From Campylobacterota bacterium (GTDB lineage: Bacteria > Campylobacterota > Campylobacteria > Campylobacterales > SZUA-545): 36,283 nt of DNA. This document shows, piece after piece, positions 1 through 9,279 of the stretch. The notes beneath the pieces were generated by a model. It searched no databases. It saw nothing but the letters and a program-made list of their open reading frames with translations, and was not told the DNA's origin. Location of the stretch: assembly GCA_003561815.1 (NCBI GenBank), contig PWVP01000132.1, positions 1 through 36,283 on the forward strand. Direction: 5' to 3'. The number at the start of each line of letters is the position of its first letter. Positions within the stretch are counted from its first letter, which is position 1. The position numbers and the translations under genes are program-made.

Positions 1-908
1 GCGAGCAGGTGGTCATGGCACTGGGCGACATCGTCAAACCCAGTCGGCCCAACGTCATGAGCACCGGCGAGAAGCTGCGGTTCTACGTGGGCGAGTTCTG
101 GGACTTCGTCTCGGGGTATCCCCGCGAGGCCAATACCGAAGGCGGGATCCTGCCGGCGATCTTCGGCACCGTGCTCATGACCCTGGTCATGGCCGTCTTC
201 GTGACCCCGTTCTGGGTGCTGGCGGCCATCTACCTGCGCGAGTACGCCAAACAGGGGCCGGTAACGCGGATCATCCGCATCTCGGTCAACAACCTTGCCG
301 GGGTGCCCTCCATCGTCTTTGGGGTGTTTGGTCTGGGCTTTTTTGTCTACTTTATGGGGGGCGGCATCGATCGGATGTTCTACCCCGAGGCGCTGCCAGC
401 ACCCACCTTTGGCACGCCGGGTCTGATGTGGGCCTCGCTCACGCTGGCACTGCTCACACTGCCGGTGGTGATTGTCTCCACCGAGGAGGGGTTGACGCGG
501 ATCCCTAAGAGTGTGCGCGAAGGCTCGCTGGCGCTGGGGGCGACCAAAGCCGAAACCCTCTGGAAAGTGATTGTGCCGCTTTCGGCTCCGGCGATGATGA
601 CCGGTCTGATTCTGGCCGTCGCCCGCGCGGCGGGGGAGGTGGCCCCTTTGATGCTTGTGGGCGTGGTAAAATTGGCCCCCAACCTGCCGGTGGATGGCAA
701 TCCGCCCTTTGTCCATATGGAGCGAAAGATCATGCATCTGGGCTTTCACATCTACGATGTGGGCTTTCAGAGCCCCAATGTCGAGGCGGCCCGTCCGCTG
801 GTCTATGCGACGGCGCTGGCGCTGGTGCTGCTGATTGTTCTGCTCAACCTGACCGCCATCTCGATTCGTAACCACCTGCGGGAGAAGTACCGCAGCAGCA
901 GTGAATAA
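1..908 (+). CDS. pstA: phosphate ABC transporter permease PstA (5' end cut by window edge)
   Basis: The frame of ORF 9..908 stays open back to nt 3, so the N-terminus is missing. Polytopic membrane protein with an ABC-permease EAA-type loop ([21 protein letters not shown]). Lies immediately upstream of pstB. Confidence 0.85.
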   Translation, partial: EQVVMALGDIVKPSRPNVMSTGEKLRFYVGEFWDFVSGYPREANTEGGILPAIFGTVLMTLVMAVFVTPFWVLAAIYLREYAKQGPVTRIIRISVNNLAGVPSIVFGVFGLGFFVYFMGGGIDRMFYPEALPAPTFGTPGLMWASLTLALLTLPVVIVSTEEGLTRIPKSVREGSLALGATKAETLWKVIVPLSAPAMMTGLILAVARAAGEVAPLMLVGVVKLAPNLPVDGNPPFVHMERKIMHLGFHIYDVGFQSPNVEAARPLVYATALALVLLIVLLNLTAISIRNHLREKYRSSSE

Positions 909-921
909 TAAAGGAGAGAGT

Positions 922-1761
922 ATGAACGAAAAGAGCACGATGCCCCAAGGGCTAAACCCGGAGATTTTTGAAAAGGGGGAGCGACAGGATCTCGATATCC
1001 AGAGCGAGACCATCGCCCTTCAGGCCAACAGTCTGGATCTCTACTACGATCAGACCCATGCGCTAAAGAATGTCACCCTGAGCATCCCCGCTAAGCGGGT
1101 GACCGCCTTTATCGGCCCCTCAGGGTGTGGCAAATCCACCCTTCTGCGCTGCTTTAATCGGATGAACGATCTGGTGGAGAGCTGCCGCGTGGAGGGGGAG
1201 ATTCTGCTCGATGGCGAAAACATCTACGATAAAAAGGTCGATGTCGCCGAGCTGCGCCGCAAGGTGGGGATGGTGTTTCAAAAGCCCAACCCCTTTCCCA
1301 AATCCATCTATGAGAATGTCGCCTACGGCCTGCGTCTGCAGGGGGTCAACGACAAAAAGAGGCTCGATCAGGTGGTCGAAACCTCCCTGCGTGGAGCGGC
1401 ACTGTGGGATGAGGTCAAAGATCGCCTGAATGAAAATGCCTTCGGCCTCTCCGGTGGCCAGCAGCAGCGGCTGGTGATTGCACGGGCGATTGCGATCGAG
1501 CCGGAGGTGATCTTGCTCGATGAGCCCGCCAGCGCGCTGGATCCCATCTCCACAGCCAAGGTTGAGGAGCTGATCTACGATCTGAAAAAGTCCTACACCA
1601 TTGTGATTGTTACCCACAATATGCAGCAGGCCGCCCGCATCTCTGATTACACCGCCTATATGTATATGGGCAATCTGGTGGAGTTTGAGGACACCCCCAC
1701 CCTCTTTACCAATCCGAAACAGAAAGAGACCGAGGACTACATCACCGGGCGCTACGGCTGA
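922..1761 (+). CDS. pstB: phosphate ABC transporter ATP-binding protein PstB
   Basis: Walker [13 protein letters not shown] signature LSGGQQQRL, Walker B ILLDEP. ATG at 922 is preceded by AAAGGAGAG; the GTG at 901 in the ORF track is probably not the start. Confidence 0.93.
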   Translation: MNEKSTMPQGLNPEIFEKGERQDLDIQSETIALQANSLDLYYDQTHALKNVTLSIPAKRVTAFIGPSGCGKSTLLRCFNRMNDLVESCRVEGEILLDGENIYDKKVDVAELRRKVGMVFQKPNPFPKSIYENVAYGLRLQGVNDKKRLDQVVETSLRGAALWDEVKDRLNENAFGLSGGQQQRLVIARAIAIEPEVILLDEPASALDPISTAKVEELIYDLKKSYTIVIVTHNMQQAARISDYTAYMYMGNLVEFEDTPTLFTNPKQKETEDYITGRYG

Positions 1762-1767
1762 TCGCCG

Positions 1768-1782
1768 CTGCCCGCCGGGCAG
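1768..1782. terminator. weak hairpin between the convergent pstB and PiT genes (possible bidirectional terminator)
   Basis: CTGCCC-gcc-GGGCAG, a 6-bp GC stem with a 3-nt loop, in the 44-nt gap between the two stop codons. No U-tract on either side. Confidence 0.2.
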
Positions 1783-1805
1783 TGCCTGGCGGCCAGCACA
1801 TCCGG

Positions 1806-3410
1806 CTAGACAAAGAGGGTGCTAAGGCCCCAGAAGAGAAGCGCTGAGAGCAGTGCAGCCGCCGGAACGGTGATAATCCAGGCGGCGATAATCTTATAGA
1901 CCAGCGAGCGCTTGACCAGCTCGTTCTCATACACCTTCTTAAAGGCTTTGCGCTCGCGCTTGCTAAAGCTGATGGTCGTGCCGCCCACCTGGGCTTTCTG
2001 GGCCGCCTTCTTCTTCATCTCCTGAAGCATCTGCCCCTTCTGGTTCAAGCTGGCCGCCTTGAAGCGCTCCAGATACGCCTCGACCCGCTCACGATCCTCC
2101 CCTTCGTGGGCCTCACGAATCAGCGCCTCCATGCGGGCGTAGTACCCTTTAAGATACTCACGCAGAAACCCCACCCCAAAAACCGCGCCGATGGTCACAT
2201 GGGTGGTGGAGATGGGCAGCCCCAGCTCAGCGGCCACAATCACCGTGATCGCCGCCGCCATCGCGATGGAGTAGGCGCGCATCCGATCGAGATCGGTAAT
2301 CTCGCTGCCGACGGTTTTGATGAGCTTCGGGCCGTAGAGCGCCAGGCCCACCGCCAGGCCCAGTGCGCCGATCACCATAATCCAGATGGGGATAGCCGCC
2401 TGTGTGGCCACCTCACCGGTCTGTAGCGCCTCGTAGATGGCGGCCAGCGGGCCGATGGCGTTGGCCACATCGTTGGCCCCGTGGGCGAAGCTGAGCATCG
2501 CCGCTGCGAAGATCAGCGGGATGGTAAAGAGGCTGTTGACCCCCTCTTTGGTGTTGCTCGCCCGTGCGGCCGCTTTGGCGATGGGGCCGCGCACCATAAC
2601 ATAGATCACCACCGCAAAGAGAAAGCCCCACAAAAGCGCCTGAAGCGGTGCCAGCTTATAGATATCCCCCAGCCCCTTGACCAGCATAAAGCCGCCAAAT
2701 GCCCAGGCCATCACCGCCACCAGAATCGGCACCCGCTTACCCGCACTCAGGGTCATCTCCTCTTGATAGGTAATCCCCCGCTTAATGGCGTAGAGAAAGA
2801 GGGCGGCAATCAATCCCCCCATCACCGGTGAGACCACCCAGCTTAGTACGATGGAGCCCACCGTCGACCAGTTGACCAGTGCCCACCCCCCGGCGGCAAT
2901 CCCGCTGCCCATCACCGCGCCGACGATGGCGTGGGTTGTTGAGACCGGTGCACCGACAGCGGTGGCGAGATTGAGCCAAAGCGCCGCCGCCAGCAGCGCT
3001 GAGAGCATCAGCCAGATAAAGATATTGGCATCGGCAATCGTCGCAGGGTCGATAATGCCGCTTTTGATGGTGCCGACCACATTGCCGCCGGCCACAATCG
3101 CCCCCATCGCCTCAAAAACCGCCGCAACCGCAATAGCGGCCGCCAGGGTCATCGCCTTTGAGCCAACGGTGGGGCCGACATTGTTCGCCACATCGTTCGC
3201 ACCGATGTTCATCGCCATATAGGCACCGATTAAAGCAGCAATCACCAGCAGAATCATCCCCTCCTGATCGGTCTGGATGCCCCCGGCGTGGACCGAAGCG
3301 TAGACAAAAACCACCATCATAAAGAGAATCGCCATCCCCAGGCGGGTGAAATCGACACGGAAGTGTGCCGTGCTCTTCTTTTCGAGTCGTGAGTACTCTT
3401 TGAGGTTCAT
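1806..3410 (-). CDS. PiT-family inorganic phosphate transporter
   Basis: Duplicated PiT signature GANDVAN (IGANDVANNVGP and HGANDVANAIGP), many TM segments, and a large hydrophilic loop before the last TM. Start taken at ATG 3410 (MNLKEY...) rather than the ORF-track start at 3476. Confidence 0.88.
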   Translation of the reverse strand: MNLKEYSRLEKKSTAHFRVDFTRLGMAILFMMVVFVYASVHAGGIQTDQEGMILLVIAALIGAYMAMNIGANDVANNVGPTVGSKAMTLAAAIAVAAVFEAMGAIVAGGNVVGTIKSGIIDPATIADANIFIWLMLSALLAAALWLNLATAVGAPVSTTHAIVGAVMGSGIAAGGWALVNWSTVGSIVLSWVVSPVMGGLIAALFLYAIKRGITYQEEMTLSAGKRVPILVAVMAWAFGGFMLVKGLGDIYKLAPLQALLWGFLFAVVIYVMVRGPIAKAAARASNTKEGVNSLFTIPLIFAAAMLSFAHGANDVANAIGPLAAIYEALQTGEVATQAAIPIWIMVIGALGLAVGLALYGPKLIKTVGSEITDLDRMRAYSIAMAAAITVIVAAELGLPISTTHVTIGAVFGVGFLREYLKGYYARMEALIREAHEGEDRERVEAYLERFKAASLNQKGQMLQEMKKKAAQKAQVGGTTISFSKRERKAFKKVYENELVKRSLVYKIIAAWIITVPAAALLSALLFWGLSTLFV

Positions 3411-3489
3411 AGGGCTCTTTCTTGGGTTTAGATAAAATAGCGCCAAACGGGAGGAGGTGTTGCGCACAGCGCTCAAGCGGCCCCCCGTT

Positions 3490-3558
3490 AGGTTACAGAA
3501 TGATTATAAAAGCGAACCGTAACCGTTTGGTTACCAAAGTGTAGCAGCTCTGTAACCT
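3490..3558. promoter_or_regulatory. nested inverted repeats built from four GGTTAC/GTAACC hexamers in the divergent PiT / thioredoxin-like intergenic region (candidate operator)
   Basis: Outer 9-bp inverted repeat AGGTTACAG (3490-3498) / CTGTAACCT (3550-3558). Inner perfect palindrome GTAACCgtttGGTTAC (3519-3534), nearly concentric with the outer pair. Confidence 0.4.
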
Positions 3559-3605
3559 TTATGGCTGCAATGCTAATCCAATCTCGCTAAAGGGGAGTTT
3601 CAACC

Positions 3606-3980
3606 GTGCGACTATTCACGCTATTGCTGCTTTTTGCAGCGCTTCTACACGCTACAGAGTGGCATAAAAGCTACACGGAGGCAAAAGCGGCCGCCAGCAA
3701 GAGCGCTCAGCCCATTTTGGCGCTCTTTATGCGCGAGGGGTGCCCCCACTGCGATCGGCTCGAACAGGAGAGCCTGGCCCACCCGGCGATCCAGCGGGCG
3801 ATCAAAGAGGGGTATACGCCGCTCTGGATAGACACCACCCAAAACCCGCAAGCAGCGCGCCAGATGGGGCTCAATATCCGGGGGGTTCCCACGGCGGTGA
3901 TCCTTGAAGAGGGGCGCACGCCACGACAGATGGTGGGCTACCGCGATCCGATGGGGATGATGGGGTTTTTGCAGCGCTAA
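3606..3980 (+). CDS. secreted thioredoxin-fold protein with a CPHC active site
   Basis: N-terminal signal peptide MRLFTLLLLFAALLHA and a CPHC motif (as in DsbA) in FMREGCPHCDRLE. GTG start is preceded by AGGGGAG. Confidence 0.7.
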   Translation: MRLFTLLLLFAALLHATEWHKSYTEAKAAASKSAQPILALFMREGCPHCDRLEQESLAHPAIQRAIKEGYTPLWIDTTQNPQAARQMGLNIRGVPTAVILEEGRTPRQMVGYRDPMGMMGFLQR

Positions 3981-5203
3981 GGGGTGTGGCTGCGAATCTT
4001 ATCCAGCCACTCGGCAAGCCGCTTCTCAAACCCCACCTCAATCAGCTCCACAAACCGGACCGGCCGGGTGGTGTACGCCTGCGCCACGAAGCCACCGTAG
4101 TCGTGGGGGTATTGATACCCCACCCCACGGCCCAGCTTCTTCGCTCCGCTGTAGTGGGCATCTTTGAGGTGATCGGGAACCGGCAGAATCTCCCCGGCCG
4201 CAACCGCTGCCAGCGCCCCATCAATCGCCTTCAGGGCGCTATTGGATTTAGGGGAGCAGGCGAGATAGATGGTGGTCTGTGCCAGCGGGATGCGCGCCTC
4301 GGGCCAGCCGAGATTAGCCACGGCGTAGTAGGTGGCCTGAGCCAGCAGCAGTGCATCGGGGTTGGCGTTGCCGATATCTTCGCTGGCGTGGACTAAAAGC
4401 CTACGGGCGATAAAGCGCGGCTCCTCACCACCGTGGATCAGGCGGGCGAGATAGTAGATCGCCGCATCGGGGTCACTGCCGCGAATGCTCTTAATCAGCG
4501 CGCTGGCGAGATTGTAGTGGGTCTCATCCTCACTCGCCCCATCGCTGAGGGCATTGGGGCGCAGCGACTTAAGCAGCGCCACATCGATCGGCTTCTTATC
4601 ACCCCCCGCCACTGCGGCAAACTCCAGCAGCTTTAGCATCGCCCGGGCATCCCCGCCGCTTGAGTCAAGCAGGTAGCGCTCTGCCGCGTCGGTCAGCTGC
4701 GCGCCGATCCTCTCCACACCCGTTAAAAGCAGCTTCAAAAGCGCCGCGCGATCGAGGGGTTTAAACTCAAAGAGTAGCGATCGCGATCGGATCGCGCCGG
4801 TTAGCGAGAAGTAGGGGTTCTCTGTCGAGGCGCCCAGAATCATCGCCTCATTACGCTCCATCACCGGCAGCAGCACCTCCTGCTGGTTTTTGCTCAGCCG
4901 GTGCACCTCATCGATAAAGAGCAGCGGTGGCATCAGACTGCCCCGGTGGCTCTCAAAGATGCGGCGCAGCTCCTCGACCTTTAGGCTGGTGGCGTTTCGC
5001 TCGAAAAAGGGGCGATCGCTCATATTGGCGATGATGCGCGCTAAAGTGGTCTTACCCGTACCCGGTGGACCGAAGAGAAAAGCGTGAAAGGGGGTTTTAG
5101 CCGCCACGAGACGACGAAGCGGCCCCTCCGGGCCGATGAGGTGGGACTGGCCCACCATCGCCTCCAGCGAATCGGGCCGCAACAAAGAGGCGAGATCGGC
5201 CAT
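3977..5203 (-). CDS. rarA: replication-associated recombination protein A (AAA+ ATPase RarA/MgsA)
   Basis: Walker A GPPGTGKTTLA, Walker B LLFIDEVHR, and a C-terminal MgsA-type region YYLARLIHGGEEPRFIARRLLVHASEDIG. Confidence 0.92.
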   Translation of the reverse strand: MADLASLLRPDSLEAMVGQSHLIGPEGPLRRLVAAKTPFHAFLFGPPGTGKTTLARIIANMSDRPFFERNATSLKVEELRRIFESHRGSLMPPLLFIDEVHRLSKNQQEVLLPVMERNEAMILGASTENPYFSLTGAIRSRSLLFEFKPLDRAALLKLLLTGVERIGAQLTDAAERYLLDSSGGDARAMLKLLEFAAVAGGDKKPIDVALLKSLRPNALSDGASEDETHYNLASALIKSIRGSDPDAAIYYLARLIHGGEEPRFIARRLLVHASEDIGNANPDALLLAQATYYAVANLGWPEARIPLAQTTIYLACSPKSNSALKAIDGALAAVAAGEILPVPDHLKDAHYSGAKKLGRGVGYQYPHDYGGFVAQAYTTRPVRFVELIEVGFEKRLAEWLDKIRSHTP

Positions 5204-5598
5204 TAGCTTGAGAGCATGCTCACGAAGTAGTTTCGCTCCCGAGGACCGTCAAAATCGGCAAAAAAGAGCCCCTGCCAGGGGCCAAGCAGCATCCGGGCGT
5301 TCTGGACCGGAATCGTGGTGTTGGAGCCCATAATGGAGGCCTTCAGGTGCGCATCGCCGTTACCCCCCACATGGGCGTACTGCCCATCGGCGGGGAAGAA
5401 GTCGTGCAGCTTCTTGAGCAGATCCCGCTGGATATTGGGATCCTGGTTTTCGCAGACGAAGATGCTGCAGGTGGAGTGGGGGACGAAGATATTGACCGCA
5501 CCGTGATCGAGCCCCATGCGGATAATCTCCTCGTTGACCGTTGCGCTCAGATCAATGAGCTCCGTCTTGTAACGGCTCTTGAGAACCATTTTTCTCAC
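5203..5598 (-). CDS. YjbQ/UPF0047 family protein (secondary thiamine-phosphate synthase-like)
   Basis: Family motifs GDAHLKASIMGSNTTIPV and LGPWQGLFFADFDGPRER. GTG 5598 lies 6 nt after AAGGA. Its stop overlaps the rarA ATG (TAATG). Confidence 0.8.
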   Translation of the reverse strand: MRKMVLKSRYKTELIDLSATVNEEIIRMGLDHGAVNIFVPHSTCSIFVCENQDPNIQRDLLKKLHDFFPADGQYAHVGGNGDAHLKASIMGSNTTIPVQNARMLLGPWQGLFFADFDGPRERNYFVSMLSS

Positions 5599-6412
5599 TT
5601 GGTTTCCTTTTGGCTTTTTTTCTGGCTTCGCTTAGAAATCCGTGCAGCCAGTTGTACTCCGAACGCTCCAGAAAGCGGCTTTTGCCTTCGGGCAGGGCAC
5701 TGAGTGATACTTTACCATAAGAGACCCGCTTTAGATCGAGCACCGTGCGATCGAAGTGGGCGAAGAAGCGCCGAATTTCGCGGTTTTTGCCCTCGCTGAG
5801 CACCACCTTCAGGCGGGAGTAGTTGGGGTGGTTCTTCTCCACACGCCAGGCGACGAAGGGGGCAAACTCCATGGCGCGCAGCGGGCTCTTTTCGTGTCCC
5901 CCTGCCCGGGCGTCACTCAGTGTCAGCCCCTCGTTCATCGCCTGCTCCATCGGCGGCGTCACGAAACCGCTGATCTTGATGTTGTAGACCCGCTCCAGAT
6001 CCGAGCGCATCAAAATCTCAGCCACCTCCGCGCTATCGGTCAGCAGCAAGAGCCCCTCACTGGCGTAGTCCAACCGCCCCACCGGCACAAAATGGCCAAA
6101 ACGCGAAGGGAGGGAGTGGTAGATGGTGCGCCGCCCCTGCGGGTCGCTTTTGCTCACCAGCTCCCCTTTGGGCTTATTGTAGGCGATCACCGTAAACCCC
6201 TCGGGCTTGGGCTTTAGCGGCTTGCCGTCGATATAGATCGGCGCATCCACCGGCACCGTGATGCCCGGCTGGGTCACCTTCTGGCGGTTGATATTGACCC
6301 GCCCCTCCTCGATGAGGCGATCCGCCTCCCGGCGGGAGAAGCGGCTTCGCATGGCGATCACTTTATTGAGGCGGTGCGCCTCCTCCTGTGACCCCTTTTT
6401 ACTCTCGGCCAT
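5552..6412 (-). CDS. rluB: RsuA/RluB-family rRNA pseudouridine synthase with S4 domain
   Basis: S4 RNA-binding N-terminus (RLNKVIAMRSRFSRREADRLIEEGRVNIN), catalytic motif GRLDYASEGLLLLT, and a basic C-terminal tail. Confidence 0.85.
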   Translation of the reverse strand: MAESKKGSQEEAHRLNKVIAMRSRFSRREADRLIEEGRVNINRQKVTQPGITVPVDAPIYIDGKPLKPKPEGFTVIAYNKPKGELVSKSDPQGRRTIYHSLPSRFGHFVPVGRLDYASEGLLLLTDSAEVAEILMRSDLERVYNIKISGFVTPPMEQAMNEGLTLSDARAGGHEKSPLRAMEFAPFVAWRVEKNHPNYSRLKVVLSEGKNREIRRFFAHFDRTVLDLKRVSYGKVSLSALPEGKSRFLERSEYNWLHGFLSEARKKAKRKPSEKNGSQEPLQDGAH

Positions 6413-8493
6413 TACTGCACAAAGATGTTGGGCACGATAATCGGGTAGCGCTTCAGCACCCGATAGATGTGCTTTTTCAGAGCCTGGCGCAGGCTGTTCT
6501 CCAGGGCGCGGATATTGCCGTAGTCCTCCGGCTTGATACCACTGATGAAGGCTTTAACCACCCCCTCTAGCTCCCGGGCAAAGGCGTGCTCTTTCTTCTG
6601 GCCCACCAGCCCCAGTGTGGTCACCTTCGGCTTATCGATCAGCGCCTGATTCTGCTTATCAATCTGCAAAATCATCATCACGACACCCTCTTGTGAGAGG
6701 TTCTGGCGATCGAAGACGACACTGGTTTCAACCTCTTTATTGAACTGATTGTCGATAAAGGTCTTACCGCACCGCACGCTGCGAACCTTACGGATCCCTT
6801 TGTGCGAAATCTCCATCTGTTCACCATCTTCGATAATGGCGACATTGCGCTCGGGAATCCCCACCGTGGTGGCGGTCTGGCGGTGGCGCAGCAGGTGCTG
6901 GTACTCCCCGTGTACCGGGATAAAGTACTTGGGCTTGGTCAGCCGGATCATCAGCTTCTGCTCCTCCTGAGCCGCGTGGCCGGAGGCGTGGATCTCACTA
7001 AACTCATGGAAGGCCACCTTGGCGCCTGACTTAAGAATCTGGTTGATGACGGTGTTCACGCTGTTTTCGTTACCCGGAATCGCCTTGGCCGAGATCACCA
7101 CCGTATCGGTCGGCTTGATCTTGATGTGGCGGTGCTCGTTCATGCTCATTCTAAAGAGTGCCGCCTGGGACTCCCCCTGGCTTCCGGTGGTGATGATCAG
7201 CACCTGGTTATCGGGCAGACGGGCCACCTCATGGGCATCGATCACCATCTTCTCATCCACATGGATATACTCCAGCTCCCGGGCAAGGTTGATGTTCTTC
7301 TCCATCGATCGGCCGATAATCGCCACCTTGCGGCCAAACTTTTTGGCCGACTCGATCGCCTGGGCGATCCGGTGGGTGTTGGAGGAGAAGGTGGACATCA
7401 AAATCCGCCCCTTGGATTTGGAGAAGAGGTCGTCAAAGGTTTTGCCCACCACCGACTCGCTTTTGGTAAAGCCGGGGTTGTAGCTGTTGGTCGAGTCACT
7501 CAAAAGGGCCAGCACCCCCCGCTCACCGTAGTGGGCCAGACGATGGTAATCCGGCGGAAAGCCGTCCACCGGACAGTTATCGAGCTTAAAGTCGCCGGTG
7601 TGGATCAGCGTCCCCGCTGCGGTGGTGATCGCCAGCGAGCAGGCGTCCAGTACCGAGTGGGTCATGTGGATCCACTCCACCTCAAAGTCGCCAATCATCA
7701 CCGGCTTGCGCTTCTCCACAAACCGAAAAAAGCGCTTGTGCTCAATCAGCTTATGCTCATCAAACTTCGCCCCAATCATGGCCAGCGGCAAGGAGGTGCC
7801 GTAGATGGGCACCTGCATCTCTTTAAAGAGGTAGGGGACCGCACCGATGTGATCCTCGTGGGCGTGGGTGATCACAATCCCTTTGATCTTCTCTTTGATG
7901 GCGTGCAGATAGCTAAAGTCGGGCACCAGGATATCGACCCCGTGCATGTCGGGGGTGGGAAAGCTCATCCCCACATCGATAATAATCGCGCTCTCCTCGG
8001 TCTCTAAAACCGCGATATTGCCGCCAATCTGATCGAGTCCCCCTAGGGGCACGAAGCGAACCGAGTGCTCCTTATCGCCGAAGTTCTCAAAGGTGCGGAG
8101 CCGATCCTCCTGGCTGCGCTTGTTGGCATCAATCCCATCGCGCATCCGGCCATACCAGCCCGCACCGTTCTCATCGATTCCGCCCGCCATCGGATCACCG
8201 CTGCTGTGGCGTTTGCGATTGCCTCTGGGGGCGCCAGCGGGCTTGGTGCTCGCCTGGGTGCGGCCACCGCCACGGCGGCCACCACTGCCAGACTCCCTCT
8301 TCTCGGCACCAGCCCCTTCGGCGGCCCTGTTTTCGCCCCCCTCGGGCCGTGGACGGTTGCTGTTGCGCCCTCCCCGGTTTCGGCCACCGCGACGGCGGGG
8401 TCGTTTAGGTGCTTCGCCCCCCTCAGCGCCGCCTTTGGCGCCGCCTGATTCATGTGAAACCTGCTTCTTTTCAGGTGTCTTGTTCTCATCCAT
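6412..8493 (-). CDS. rnj: ribonuclease J with an R/G-rich N-terminal extension
   Basis: Metallo-beta-lactamase motif ITHAHEDHIG with beta-CASP architecture, 693 aa. The first ~135 aa are low-complexity R/G/E/A-rich (RRRGGRNRGGRN, GGRRGGGR). Confidence 0.92.
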   Translation of the reverse strand: MDENKTPEKKQVSHESGGAKGGAEGGEAPKRPRRRGGRNRGGRNSNRPRPEGGENRAAEGAGAEKRESGSGGRRGGGRTQASTKPAGAPRGNRKRHSSGDPMAGGIDENGAGWYGRMRDGIDANKRSQEDRLRTFENFGDKEHSVRFVPLGGLDQIGGNIAVLETEESAIIIDVGMSFPTPDMHGVDILVPDFSYLHAIKEKIKGIVITHAHEDHIGAVPYLFKEMQVPIYGTSLPLAMIGAKFDEHKLIEHKRFFRFVEKRKPVMIGDFEVEWIHMTHSVLDACSLAITTAAGTLIHTGDFKLDNCPVDGFPPDYHRLAHYGERGVLALLSDSTNSYNPGFTKSESVVGKTFDDLFSKSKGRILMSTFSSNTHRIAQAIESAKKFGRKVAIIGRSMEKNINLARELEYIHVDEKMVIDAHEVARLPDNQVLIITTGSQGESQAALFRMSMNEHRHIKIKPTDTVVISAKAIPGNENSVNTVINQILKSGAKVAFHEFSEIHASGHAAQEEQKLMIRLTKPKYFIPVHGEYQHLLRHRQTATTVGIPERNVAIIEDGEQMEISHKGIRKVRSVRCGKTFIDNQFNKEVETSVVFDRQNLSQEGVVMMILQIDKQNQALIDKPKVTTLGLVGQKKEHAFARELEGVVKAFISGIKPEDYGNIRALENSLRQALKKHIYRVLKRYPIIVPNIFVQ
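8261..8398. repeat. 18-nt direct repeat (17/18 identical) inside the rnj 5' region
   Basis: cggccaccgcCacggcgg at 8261-8278 and cggccaccgcGacggcgg at 8381-8398. They encode the GGRRGGG / RRRGGR blocks of the low-complexity extension. Confidence 0.7.
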
Positions 8494-8496
8494 GCT

Positions 8497-9279
8497 CTAT
8501 CCTTTTAATCGCATATGTAGTGCCAAAAAGGTGTCTGTGGTCATCTCATGAGGTCGAATTCGCGGATCCAGGCCCAGCGCTTCAAAGTGATACGCCAGCT
8601 CATCGCGACTCTGGTGCGGCTGAAGGTTTTTCAGAAGCTGCTTGCGGGGCTGGGTGAAGGCCCGGCGCAGAAACTGAGCAAACGCCTCATCGTAGGTGGG
8701 CCTCTCTTTGGTGATTGCAATCACCGCTGAGTCCACCTTCGGTGCCGGATCAAAAGCCTCCGGCGGCACATCGATCACCCGCCGAACGGTTCCGATCGAC
8801 TCGGCCAGTATCGCCAGTGGCGAAAAGGCGCGGTCGCCCGGCCGGGCGGTGAACTTCTGAGCCACCTCTTTCTGGATCATCACCAGAAGGCTTCTGCACT
8901 GCCTGTCGCGCATCGCCCGGAGAATAATCTCCGTGGCGATGTAGTAGGGAAGGTTGGCCACCAGATCGTAGGGCTCTGCCTGAAGGCTCCCTGAGCGACC
9001 CCATAAACACAACACATCCGCCTCGATCAGCGTGAGCCGCCCGGAGTCGATTTCGTGAGAAAAATCGCTTCGGAGCCGAACACACAAATCGCTATCGATC
9101 TCAATGACGACCATTGGACGCTTCTTTAGAAGCTCCTTGGTCAAATCACCCAAGCCAGGCCCAATCTCCACCCCCCGGTGGGGGCTATCGGGCATCGCTT
9201 CGATGATTTTCTGCTGGATCCACGGATCCTTTAGGAAGTTCTGTCCAAACTGCTTCTTGGCCCGTATAGGGGTGCTCAC
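8497..9279 (-). CDS. rsmA: 16S rRNA (adenine1518/1519-N6)-dimethyltransferase RsmA/KsgA
   Basis: FGQNFL motif, SAM site VEIGPGLGDLT, and NLPYYI motif. GTG at 9279 is preceded by AAGGGAG, giving 260 aa. The 328-aa track ORF carries a non-homologous extension that runs into hisF. Confidence 0.9.
   Translation of the reverse strand: MSTPIRAKKQFGQNFLKDPWIQQKIIEAMPDSPHRGVEIGPGLGDLTKELLKKRPMVVIEIDSDLCVRLRSDFSHEIDSGRLTLIEADVLCLWGRSGSLQAEPYDLVANLPYYIATEIILRAMRDRQCRSLLVMIQKEVAQKFTARPGDRAFSPLAILAESIGTVRRVIDVPPEAFDPAPKVDSAVIAITKERPTYDEAFAQFLRRAFTQPRKQLLKNLQPHQSRDELAYHFEALGLDPRIRPHEMTTDTFLALHMRLKG

Noticed and set aside
3490-3571. Pho box upstream of the PiT and trx-like genes (CTGTAAC ... CTGCAAT direct repeats).
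   Set aside because: The spacing (15 nt start-to-start) and sequence do not fit the E. coli 7-4-7 Pho box, nor the Campylobacter pho box as I remember it. The region is reported as an unassigned operator-like array instead.
7126-8007. 293-aa plus-strand ORF antisense to rnj. Others of the same kind: 24250-25215 (321 aa, antisense to metK), 31123-31977 (284 aa, antisense to argF), 29014-29715 (antisense to dnaG), 9413-10102 (antisense to hisF), 27042-27674 and 16936-17472.
   Set aside because: These are shadow ORFs, typical of GC-rich coding DNA with GC3 bias where few stop codons occur on the opposite strand. Their products are low-complexity (R/G/H/P-rich) with no motifs, and each lies wholly inside a confidently identified gene.
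8043-8551. Three overlapping ORFs (127-152 aa) on both strands across the rnj 5' region.
   Set aside because: They are alternative-frame readings of the R/G-rich low-complexity tract of RNase J. They give A/P/R-rich nonsense sequences with no independent support.
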